A stretch of DNA of 32,000 nt. Origin: Patescibacteria group bacterium. Its GTDB lineage: Bacteria > Patescibacteriota > Patescibacteriia > UBA2591 > UBA6264. Positions 18,221 to 25,161 of the stretch are shown one piece after another; within the stretch, counting starts at the first letter, position 1, and each line of letters starts with the position of its first letter. Under the pieces are notes generated by a model, which was not told where the DNA came from, ran no database searches, and saw only the letters and a list, made by a program, of their open reading frames with translations. The translations under genes and the position numbers were made by a program. The stretch covers positions 1 through 32,000 of the forward strand of contig JAQTOB010000003.1 in assembly GCA_028713575.1 (NCBI GenBank), given 5' to 3'.

Positions 18221-18249
18221 TATATAAACAAAATCATTAAATTTGTCAA
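18221..18249 (-). promoter_or_regulatory. Sigma70-like promoter for the P2-P1 unit
   Basis: The minus strand reads TTGACA (18249-18244), 17 nt, then TATATA (18226-18221), with TG 2-3 nt upstream of the -10. Confidence 0.45.
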
Positions 18250-18311
18250 TCCTTTTATATAATAATCTAAAAAAAATAAAGAATCAATGTTAAAAAGTGG
18301 ATATCTTTTTT

Positions 18312-18656
18312 TTATTTAAGAAAAGCTTCTATAATAAAACGGGTGATGGCATAACTAAAAAACACCAAACCCATGCCCAATATGGCCCAAACCAAAGTGT
18401 CTTTCCCTTTTTTAATTTTTTCCGCTGAACCGCCGGAAGTCATCCATGTTATCCCGCCGACAATAAACATCACCAAAGCAATCACGCCGACAAATCTTAA
18501 AACATATTGGATAATACTGGCCGCCAAAGCGGAAATGTCTTTGTTTCCCAAGGGGTCTTCAATTGAAGGAACCTCGTCGGCTAAGGCAACTCCAAATAAA
18601 AACAATTGAATTAAAATTAATCCTAATAATATTTTTTTGTTTTTTTGTTGTTTCAT
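18312..18656 (-). CDS. TrbC/VirB2-like 'pilin' small membrane protein, paralog P3
   Basis: Signal peptide ending GVALADE. Core FIVGGITWMTSGGSAEKIKKGKDTLVWAILGMGLVFFSYAITRFI. Confidence 0.7.
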   Translation of the reverse strand: MKQQKNKKILLGLILIQLFLFGVALADEVPSIEDPLGNKDISALAASIIQYVLRFVGVIALVMFIVGGITWMTSGGSAEKIKKGKDTLVWAILGMGLVFFSYAITRFIIEAFLK

Positions 18657-18674
18657 AAAAATAAATTTATTTTA

Positions 18675-19451
18675 TTAGGGGGAACAGGGTTTGCTGTCTA
18701 GACTTTCAAATATTTTTTTATAGGTATCTGGTCCAACCAAGCCGTCCACTTCTAAATTATTGGCGGATTGAAATCTTTTAGTGCACTCTTTTGTGTCTGA
18801 ACCAAACTTACCGTCCGCCACGCCACAATTACATCCCAATTGATTCAGCTCATCCTGATAAATTTTTACCGCCTCGCCCCGGCAACCTTGTCCTGCTCCG
18901 GTCCAAATACAACCATAACACCAGGACTTATTCTTTGTAGGGGGGACCAAACAGGCCGGCCATTCTGTTTCCTTTTGTGTCGTTTGGTTTGATAAAAGTC
19001 TTTCTGTCCCTAAGGCTTGCATTATCACTTTTACAATAGTAAAAGAAATTAAAATAATCACTAATCCGATAATTGCGCCCCTGACAATGTCTTTTCCTTT
19101 TTTAACTTTGTCTTGCGAACCGCCGGAAGTCATCCAAACAATACCGCCAATAATTAAAAATAATATGGCAAAAACACCGGAAAACTTTAAAATTTTGTCC
19201 GCCAAATTAATGAATATTGTAACCATATCATTTAAGGTGCAATCTCCACAACAGGCACACTCGGGGCGAGAAATAAATAAACCGACATAACAATTATCGT
19301 ATCTTTTTCCCTGGCAAGTACAATTATAATACGTATTGCCTTCTTTGTCTGTTTGGGGGCTACCGCAATCTGAAACAGCATAAACCGAAGATGTCAAGCC
19401 AAACATAAAAATAAGTATTAAAAATGCTAAAATTTTCTTTTTAAAAAACAT
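18675..19451 (-). CDS. Pilin-like core (paralog P4) fused to Cys-rich ectodomains and a C-terminal PG_binding_1-type peptidoglycan-binding domain
   Basis: Signal peptide ending SSVYAV. N-terminal Cys-rich stretch CGSPQ..CTCQGKRYDNC..PECACCGDC. Core LIIGGIVWMTSGGSQDKVKKGKDIVRGAIIGLVIILISFTIV. C-terminal LNQLGCNCGVADGKFGSDTKECTKRFQSANNLEVDGLVGPDTYKKI. Confidence 0.7.
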   Translation of the reverse strand: MFFKKKILAFLILIFMFGLTSSVYAVSDCGSPQTDKEGNTYYNCTCQGKRYDNCYVGLFISRPECACCGDCTLNDMVTIFINLADKILKFSGVFAILFLIIGGIVWMTSGGSQDKVKKGKDIVRGAIIGLVIILISFTIVKVIMQALGTERLLSNQTTQKETEWPACLVPPTKNKSWCYGCIWTGAGQGCRGEAVKIYQDELNQLGCNCGVADGKFGSDTKECTKRFQSANNLEVDGLVGPDTYKKIFESLDSKPCSP

Positions 19452-19511
19452 AAAATTGACGTTAAGAATTAATTTAGTTGGGCATTTACGGGTTTAAACA
19501 AAGAAAACGCA

Positions 19512-19546
19512 AAATGTCAGCTTAAAATGTCAAAATTCAAATGTCA
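19512..19546. repeat. Three direct AAATGTCA boxes (minus strand TGACATTT) upstream of P4
   Basis: Copies at 19512-19519, 19525-19532 and 19539-19546, spaced 13 and 14 bp. Two read as full TTGACA on the minus strand. Confidence 0.6.
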
Positions 19547-19633
19547 AATAAAAGTTTGAATTTTTAATTTGACTTGTCGTTAAAAATTTAAATTTTAACG
19601 TTTATTTCGCATATTCTAATGTTAAATTAACTT

Positions 19634-21010
19634 TTAATAAGTTAGATTAATTTTTTGAACACAATAATTAATCGCTTTATCAATTGTTTTTTCTCCGCTG
19701 AACACTTCGGCTACCATTTGCCTAAAAGATTCTTCAACTAAAGAATAATTTTTCCCCCTATACCAAGTCTGAGCCGTAAGCACTCCTTTAACAAAAGGCG
19801 CTAAGTCAAAATCTTCTAATTGTTTTTCAATCAGGGCTCGGTGGGCGGTTGGTTTTTTTGTCCTCTCAATGAAGGTTTGGGCATTTTGTGCTTGGGTGGC
19901 ATAAAGAAGAAAAACCCAAGCCTCTTGAGGATGTTGGGTTTTTTTGGAAATCGTTTCCAACCAGTAACGCGCATAATTGATTTCTTTGAGCGAAGCGCTA
20001 ATTTGCGGAACCGGCGCAATATCAAAATTTAATTTTGGCGCCTGTTGTTTAATAAGGGACAAATAGTCAGAATAACCAAAAATGAAAGCCACTTTTCCCT
20101 GAATAAAAGATTCTAAAGAATTGGGCATTTGATCGTGCCAGGTATAAATTTCCTGATAAGGGTCGGCAAAGCTGGTATAAAATTTTAAAGCTTCTTTGCC
20201 GGGAAAATAATTCGGGTCATCAATTAATGGTTGATTAAAAATCGCTCCCCTTGTATAATCGGCCATGGCTGTTCCATTCTGCATCATTAATAAAGAAAGA
20301 ATGTCTGTTAAATTTTCCACGTTTTTGGAAGAGCCCATAGCCGCGCCGGAACGAAGGAAATCCCCTTGATTGTCTTGAATTGTTATGGTGTGAACATCGT
20401 TGACAAAATCTTGCCAATTTTTCGGCGCCTCAATAATGCCGGCGCTATTTAAAATGTCTTGGTTATAATAAAGACTTAGAATGTCTAAAGACAGGGGTAG
20501 ACCATAAATTTTATCATCAATGACCAAGTCCTTGGAAATTGTTTCTACAAAAGTTTCTCTCAGGTCTCTTAAGCTGGGCGCTTTCTTTTTTTCTTCTATA
20601 ATTTTTTGTTCCTTCTTTATTGTTCCTGTTGTTATTTGTCGGCCAATCGTTAGTTCGTCTAATAAACTTAAGGGTAAAATTTTAGTTTGATATTTTCCCA
20701 ACCAGGTATTGGGGATGGCAAAAATGTCCGGCCCTTGGTCTTCCGCCCAGGCTTCCAAAAGGGCTTGCTCATATTCCTCTGGTCTTATTTGTTGATAAGT
20801 AATGGAAATGTGAGGATATAGCGCCCTAAAACTCTGTAAAATGGCGCTAAAAGCGTCTTGACCGTCTTGCGGCCGCCAATAAACCAAATTGATTGGTTTG
20901 ATTTTCTCCGCCATCTCTTTTGACGTACATTTGCATCCCAATCCGGCAGTAATTAAAACAACTGAAATTAAAAACCCAATTAAAATTTTTGTTTTTAGCT
21001 GAAAAATCAT
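19634..21010 (-). CDS. ABC-transporter extracellular solute-binding protein (sugar-type, family 1), probable lipoprotein
   Basis: N-terminal TM/signal with Cys (ITAGLGCKC). Typical SBP_bac_1-like length and motifs (LVYWRP.., GPDIF.., KVAFIFGYS). No permease or ATPase gene is adjacent. Confidence 0.75.
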   Translation of the reverse strand: MIFQLKTKILIGFLISVVLITAGLGCKCTSKEMAEKIKPINLVYWRPQDGQDAFSAILQSFRALYPHISITYQQIRPEEYEQALLEAWAEDQGPDIFAIPNTWLGKYQTKILPLSLLDELTIGRQITTGTIKKEQKIIEEKKKAPSLRDLRETFVETISKDLVIDDKIYGLPLSLDILSLYYNQDILNSAGIIEAPKNWQDFVNDVHTITIQDNQGDFLRSGAAMGSSKNVENLTDILSLLMMQNGTAMADYTRGAIFNQPLIDDPNYFPGKEALKFYTSFADPYQEIYTWHDQMPNSLESFIQGKVAFIFGYSDYLSLIKQQAPKLNFDIAPVPQISASLKEINYARYWLETISKKTQHPQEAWVFLLYATQAQNAQTFIERTKKPTAHRALIEKQLEDFDLAPFVKGVLTAQTWYRGKNYSLVEESFRQMVAEVFSGEKTIDKAINYCVQKINLTY

Positions 21011-21209
21011 TTTTCTATTTTATTTTTTTATAAAATTCCGCAAACTTCTTTTAGCTTCTCTATTTTTTAAACTAAAAGCAATATTCACTCGTGAAAATCC
21101 TCTCTCCCCACTAAAGTATATCAATCTCTCTTAAATTTACAAGCACATATCAACCAGGCCTTTATTAATATTTAGTTTAATGAATTTTTATGAAAAATCA
21201 AGCTCCCCT

Positions 21210-21237
21210 TTGTGTTTATTTTATTTTTTGATATAAT
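21210..21237 (+). promoter_or_regulatory. Extended -10 promoter abutting the PBP1A ATG (leaderless-type)
   Basis: TTGTGT (21210-21215), 16 nt, TGaTATAAT (21229-21237). ATG at 21245, only 7 nt downstream. Confidence 0.45.
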
Positions 21238-21244
21238 ATTTTCC

Positions 21245-24091
21245 ATGATTAAAAAGAAGAAAAAAAACGCTTGGCGAGTTAAGCCCATTGGTAAAAAGAA
21301 AAAAGGGAACAAAATTATTAATTTTAAAAAATTATTGATTTTTGTTTTCCTTATTACCCTAATGGCTTCTATTTTGTTCTTTGCTTCGCTGGCTTGGCTT
21401 AGTAATAGTTTGCCCCATCCAGACAAACTTTTGCAAAGAAATATCGCTCAGAGCACCAAAATTTATGACCGAACGGGAAAAATTATTCTCTATGAAATAT
21501 TTAATGAACAAAGAAGAACATTGGTTAAACTTTCAGATATTCCCGACCATCTTATTAATGCCACTTTAGTAACTGAAGATAAAGATTTTTTTAAACATCC
21601 CGGATTTGATTTAAAAGCAATAATTCGTTCCGTCTTCATTGATATTTTACGAGGAGGAAAAGCTCAAGGCGGATCAACTTTGACTCAACAGTTTATTAAA
21701 AACGCATTTTTAACCAAACAAAAAACATATCAAAGAAAAATAAAAGAATTGATTTTAGCTTATCAAATTGAAAAAAAGTATTCAAAAGAAGAAATTTTAC
21801 AAATGTATTTTAATGAAATTCCTTATGGGTCAACTGCCTACGGAGCCGAAGCGGCCAGTCAATTATATTTTGGCAAATCTGTTCGCGACCTAACCTTAGA
21901 TGAATCTTCTTTGTTGGCCGCCATGGTACAATCTCCCACCTATTATTCTCCGACCGGGGATCATCAAGATGAATTAATCCTTAGACGAAACAATATCCTT
22001 GGTGCCATGGTAGAAAATGGCTATCTTACTCGCGAAATGGCGGAAATGGCAAAACAAGCCGACACTTTAAAAAAAATAGTTTCTCGTCATGAAAACATTA
22101 TTGCTCCGCACTTTATTATGTATGTAAAAGAACTCTTAACGGAAAAATATGGCGAAAGACTGGTAGAACAGGGCGGCCTAAAAGTAATTACTACCATAGA
22201 TGTCAATAAGCAAAAAACGGCAGAAGAAACAATTGATAAATTTGCGGAAAAAAATGAAAAAATTTTTAAAGCCACTAACGCGGCCCTGGTTAGTTTAGAT
22301 GTGGCGACTGGCCAAGTTTTGGCCATGATTGGGTCAAAGGACTTTTTTAATAAAGATATAGATGGACAAGTCAATATTGCCCTAAGACCAAGACAGCCCG
22401 GGTCTTCTTTTAAGCCGATTGTCTATGCTGCCGCTTTTGAAAAAGGTTTTACGCCGGAAACGATTTTATTTGACGTGGAAACTAACTTTGGGTCAAGCAG
22501 TGACACAAATAAAAATTATATTCCGCAAAATTATAATGGAGAATTTTATGGACCAGTAAGCATGCGCCAATCCCTGGCCGGTTCTTTAAATATTCCGGGA
22601 GTAAAAACTCTTTATCTGGTTGGATTAAAACAAGCCCTTGATTTAGCGCAAAGAATGGGCTATACCACCTTAACCGATGAAAATCGTTATGGATTATCAT
22701 TGGTTTTAGGGGGTGGCGAAGTTAAACTTTTAGAACATGTTTCCGCTTTTAGTATTTTCGCCCGGGAAGGTAAAAAACTTCCCATTACCACTATTTTAAA
22801 AGTGGAAAATAGCGAAGGGAAAATACTTGAAGAAAATGACGTTAACCTTTTATCTCATCAAGAAATTTTAAACCCACAAACCGCCCGTTTAATTAACAAT
22901 ATTTTGTCAGATAATCAAGCGCGAGCTTTTGTTTTTGGTCAAGAAAATTATCTTACCTTGCCAGACCGTCCTTTGGCGGCCAAAACCGGGACCACTAATA
23001 ATTTTCGCGATGCTTGGATTGTTGGATACACACCTGATTTAGTCACTGGCGTTTGGGTGGGGAACAGCCGCAATGAGACAATGGCCAATAAGGCCGATGG
23101 TTCACAAGTGGCCGCACCTATTTGGCGGGAATTTATGTCCCAAGTTCTAAGCCAAACACCAGTCAAAACGTTTACTCCGCCAGAACCGATTGAAACCAAT
23201 AAGCCAATTCTAAAAGGAATACTGCCGGATGAAGTTGTTTTAGAGATTGATAGAACATCCGGCAAATTAGCCACAGAAATGACCCCTGTCTCTCAAAAAA
23301 TACAAAAAACCTTTAAGGGTTATTACCCTATCCTTTATTATGTCAACAAGGATAATCCACTAGGACCAATGCCGGAAAATCCTTCTCTTGACCCCCAATA
23401 CGAACGCTGGCAAGAAGGGATTAAAAATTGGTTAAAAACTCAGCAAGGCAATCTTGATATTCCGCCATCAGAATATGACGACATCCATGTTCCCGCTAAT
23501 CAACCCTTGGTGGAAATACTCTTTCCATTCAATGACGCTGTTATAGATGAACAATTATTTGAAGTAAAAATAGATGCTCAAGCGCCTCGCGGAATCGCCA
23601 AAATAATTTGTTACGTTGATAATATTCCTCTAGCCCTCGCGCCCATGTCTCCGGAGAAACAAACATCATACTATTGCTCCCTAAATATTTCCGGAATCAA
23701 GTCCGGAGAACATAATCTTGCTGTAACCGCTTCTGATGACGCGGAAAACAGTCAAACTAAAACTATAAAAATTAGAACTACTCAATTTTTTAAAGAAACC
23801 ATATCCTGGCTAAATCCTCAAAACAATTGGACGATGTCACAAAATGATTTTCCTTTAAACCTTAAAATCCTCGCTCCGGCAAAAAAAATAAAAAAAATCA
23901 AATTTTTTTCCCGCAATCTGACCACTTTAAACGCTTCTTTAATCGGCACTGTTTTCTCGCCAGAAGCCAGTGGGCCGATTGAATTCTCTTGGTCCATGGT
24001 TGACCAGGGAGAACATGAAATCTGGGCCGAGTTAATTGATGAGGACAACCAAACTTTAGTCGGAGAAACGATTAAAATAAAAGTGGACTGA
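21245..24091 (+). CDS. Class A penicillin-binding protein (GT51 transglycosylase + transpeptidase) with a C-terminal beta-sandwich-like extension
   Basis: GT51 motifs ATLVTEDKDFFKHPG, GGSTLTQQ, RKIKEL. Transpeptidase motifs SSFKP, SLN and KTGTT. ATG at 21245 is preferred over the track's GTG at 21212 (MIKKKKKNAW.. followed by a TM segment). Confidence 0.9.
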   Translation: MIKKKKKNAWRVKPIGKKKKGNKIINFKKLLIFVFLITLMASILFFASLAWLSNSLPHPDKLLQRNIAQSTKIYDRTGKIILYEIFNEQRRTLVKLSDIPDHLINATLVTEDKDFFKHPGFDLKAIIRSVFIDILRGGKAQGGSTLTQQFIKNAFLTKQKTYQRKIKELILAYQIEKKYSKEEILQMYFNEIPYGSTAYGAEAASQLYFGKSVRDLTLDESSLLAAMVQSPTYYSPTGDHQDELILRRNNILGAMVENGYLTREMAEMAKQADTLKKIVSRHENIIAPHFIMYVKELLTEKYGERLVEQGGLKVITTIDVNKQKTAEETIDKFAEKNEKIFKATNAALVSLDVATGQVLAMIGSKDFFNKDIDGQVNIALRPRQPGSSFKPIVYAAAFEKGFTPETILFDVETNFGSSSDTNKNYIPQNYNGEFYGPVSMRQSLAGSLNIPGVKTLYLVGLKQALDLAQRMGYTTLTDENRYGLSLVLGGGEVKLLEHVSAFSIFAREGKKLPITTILKVENSEGKILEENDVNLLSHQEILNPQTARLINNILSDNQARAFVFGQENYLTLPDRPLAAKTGTTNNFRDAWIVGYTPDLVTGVWVGNSRNETMANKADGSQVAAPIWREFMSQVLSQTPVKTFTPPEPIETNKPILKGILPDEVVLEIDRTSGKLATEMTPVSQKIQKTFKGYYPILYYVNKDNPLGPMPENPSLDPQYERWQEGIKNWLKTQQGNLDIPPSEYDDIHVPANQPLVEILFPFNDAVIDEQLFEVKIDAQAPRGIAKIICYVDNIPLALAPMSPEKQTSYYCSLNISGIKSGEHNLAVTASDDAENSQTKTIKIRTTQFFKETISWLNPQNNWTMSQNDFPLNLKILAPAKKIKKIKFFSRNLTTLNASLIGTVFSPEASGPIEFSWSMVDQGEHEIWAELIDEDNQTLVGETIKIKVD

Positions 24092-24111
24092 AGTTATCCC
24101 CAGTTATTTGA

Positions 24112-24139
24112 TTGACAAAAAAAAGAAAATAAATAAAAT
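24112..24139 (+). promoter_or_regulatory. Candidate promoter at the start of the orphan intergenic region
   Basis: TTGACA (24112-24117), 16 nt, TAAAAT (24134-24139). Confidence 0.35.
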
Positions 24140-24300
24140 AATTTTATTATCAATTATCAGTATTAATTCATTTATTTAAAAATGAACTCGGCAATAAATT
24201 ATTTTTCTCAAATTATCGCTTTGAATGTCTTGATTATTGGCCTTAAAAAGCCGGGTCTATTGTGTTTTAAAAAATAAAAACAAATAAAAATAAAAAAATA

Positions 24301-24326
24301 GACCCGGTAAATCGGGTCAATTTTTA
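24301..24326 (+). terminator. Rho-independent terminator-like hairpin inside the orphan region
   Basis: GACCCG-GTAAAT-CGGGTC followed by AATTTTTATTT. The left arm overlaps an alternative 10-bp pairing (24251-24260 with 24298-24307). Confidence 0.5.
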
Positions 24327-24360
24327 TTTCTAATTTAGAAAATGAAATAAAGGAGGAAAA

Positions 24361-24486
24361 ATGGAAGAAAATCTTTATGATAAAATCCTGAAGAACCAAT
24401 CTTCCCTACAGGGAGGACTGGAATGGGCCTTTCTTCATCTGGGAGACTTACAAAGTTTTTACCAGGATGAAGAACTTCAGGACTAA
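24361..24486 (+). CDS. Candidate small protein (41 aa), not in ORF track
   Basis: AAAGGAGG sits 4 nt upstream of the ATG, the only strong SD noticed in the window. The ORF MEENLYDKILKNQSSLQGGLEWAFLHLGDLQSFYQDEELQD is followed directly by a strong terminator. The region also folds into nested helices, so an ncRNA is an alternative. Confidence 0.4.
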   Translation: MEENLYDKILKNQSSLQGGLEWAFLHLGDLQSFYQDEELQD

Positions 24487-24490
24487 AAAA

Positions 24491-24508
24491 GGCGGCCAAT
24501 TGGCCGCC
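24491..24508. terminator. Bidirectional rho-independent terminator
   Basis: Perfect palindrome GGCGGCCAATTGGCCGCC flanked by AAAAAA upstream and TTTAAACTTT downstream. It serves the minus-strand SdpI-like gene (T6 on minus) and the plus-strand sORF. Confidence 0.8.
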
Positions 24509-24525
24509 TTTAAACTTTGTCAAAC

Positions 24526-25161
24526 TCAATGTTTTTCTTTTTTATATTCAAAATAAGAATAAACAAAAAGATAAAGGGCTGCCGAAATTATCGGAAGAAC
24601 AACAAACCAAACGGCATATTGCTTAAAAATTATCCCCCATAAAACGATAAATCCCGCAAGCTTGAACAACTTTCCTCCCAATTTATGAGTCTTGTCCCAG
24701 ACCCCTTCACTGCTTAATGTCCAGGGAGTTCTGATACCGATAAACCAATTTCTTTTGGCTTTTTCAATCAACCAACCAACAAAATAGAAAAGAAGACTAA
24801 GGGGAAAAATCATCATCCGCAAGAAATCAAATCTTATTTTTAGATTCCAAAAAATAGTTAGAATATAAAGGTAAAACAAAAACAGTACAATTAAAATAAT
24901 AAAAAGGTCAAAGTATTTTCTAAATTTTATGATATTTTCCTTTAAGGGGTCTATTTGTGGAATTAGAAGAAAGAGCAGGGCTATAACTAAAGAAATTATC
25001 GGCATTAAGAACAATCCCCATGGCTTTGTAAGATAGCCGTCCACTTCTCCCCTGGCATTCCAGTGCGAGGCCATTTTCGCCGGCATTTGGGGGTAAAAAT
25101 AAACACCAACAACGAAAAATAATATAATTATTAAAAAAATAATTGTTTTTGTTTTATTCAT
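24526..25161 (-). CDS. SdpI/YhfL-family membrane protein (DUF1648 + SdpI-like)
   Basis: MASHWNARGEVDGY (DUF1648 signature) and multiple TM segments. ATG at 25161 (MNKTKTIIFL..) is preferred over the track's TTG at 25197. Confidence 0.7.
   Translation of the reverse strand: MNKTKTIIFLIIILFFVVGVYFYPQMPAKMASHWNARGEVDGYLTKPWGLFLMPIISLVIALLFLLIPQIDPLKENIIKFRKYFDLFIILIVLFLFYLYILTIFWNLKIRFDFLRMMIFPLSLLFYFVGWLIEKAKRNWFIGIRTPWTLSSEGVWDKTHKLGGKLFKLAGFIVLWGIIFKQYAVWFVVLPIISAALYLFVYSYFEYKKEKH

Noticed and set aside
17474-19290. Plus-strand ORFs 17474..17665, 18373..18609 and 19087..19290, each antisense to a pilin-like gene and sharing a PPxVIHxxPP pattern
   Set aside because: Their mutual similarity is just the mirror image of the conserved GGxxWMxxGG core on the opposite strand. 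The minus-strand proteins have signal peptides and coherent TM topology; the antisense ones do not.
21172-21426. Minus-strand ORF 21172..21426 overlapping the PBP1A 5' end
   Set aside because: It is antisense to the well-supported PBP1A N-terminus and made largely of poly-F/K from A/T runs.
24361-24486. Double-glycine-leader bacteriocin precursor (MEENLYDKILKNQSSLQGG | LEWAFLHLGDLQSFYQDEELQD) linked to the SdpI-like and C39-like genes
   Set aside because: Only the GG and a Leu at -4 and -15 fit the leader consensus. The putative mature peptide is strongly acidic, unlike known class II bacteriocins. The C39-like gene is 3.6 kb away and is not an ABC-transporter fusion. Too weak to call.
24440-24510. 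SRP (4.5S) RNA, because of GUUUUUACCAGG resembling the E. coli 4.5S ..GUUUACCAGG.. segment
   Set aside because: The conserved domain IV elements (GGAA tetraloop and the flanking symmetric/asymmetric loop sequences such as AGCA/GGAAGCAG) are absent on both strands. The resemblance is a short chance match.
24208-24529. Minus-strand track ORFs 24208..24399 and 24335..24529
   Set aside because: They overlap each other and span terminator hairpins and A/T runs. They lack start context and read as low-complexity sequence. The plus-strand signals (promoter, SD, terminators) explain the region better.
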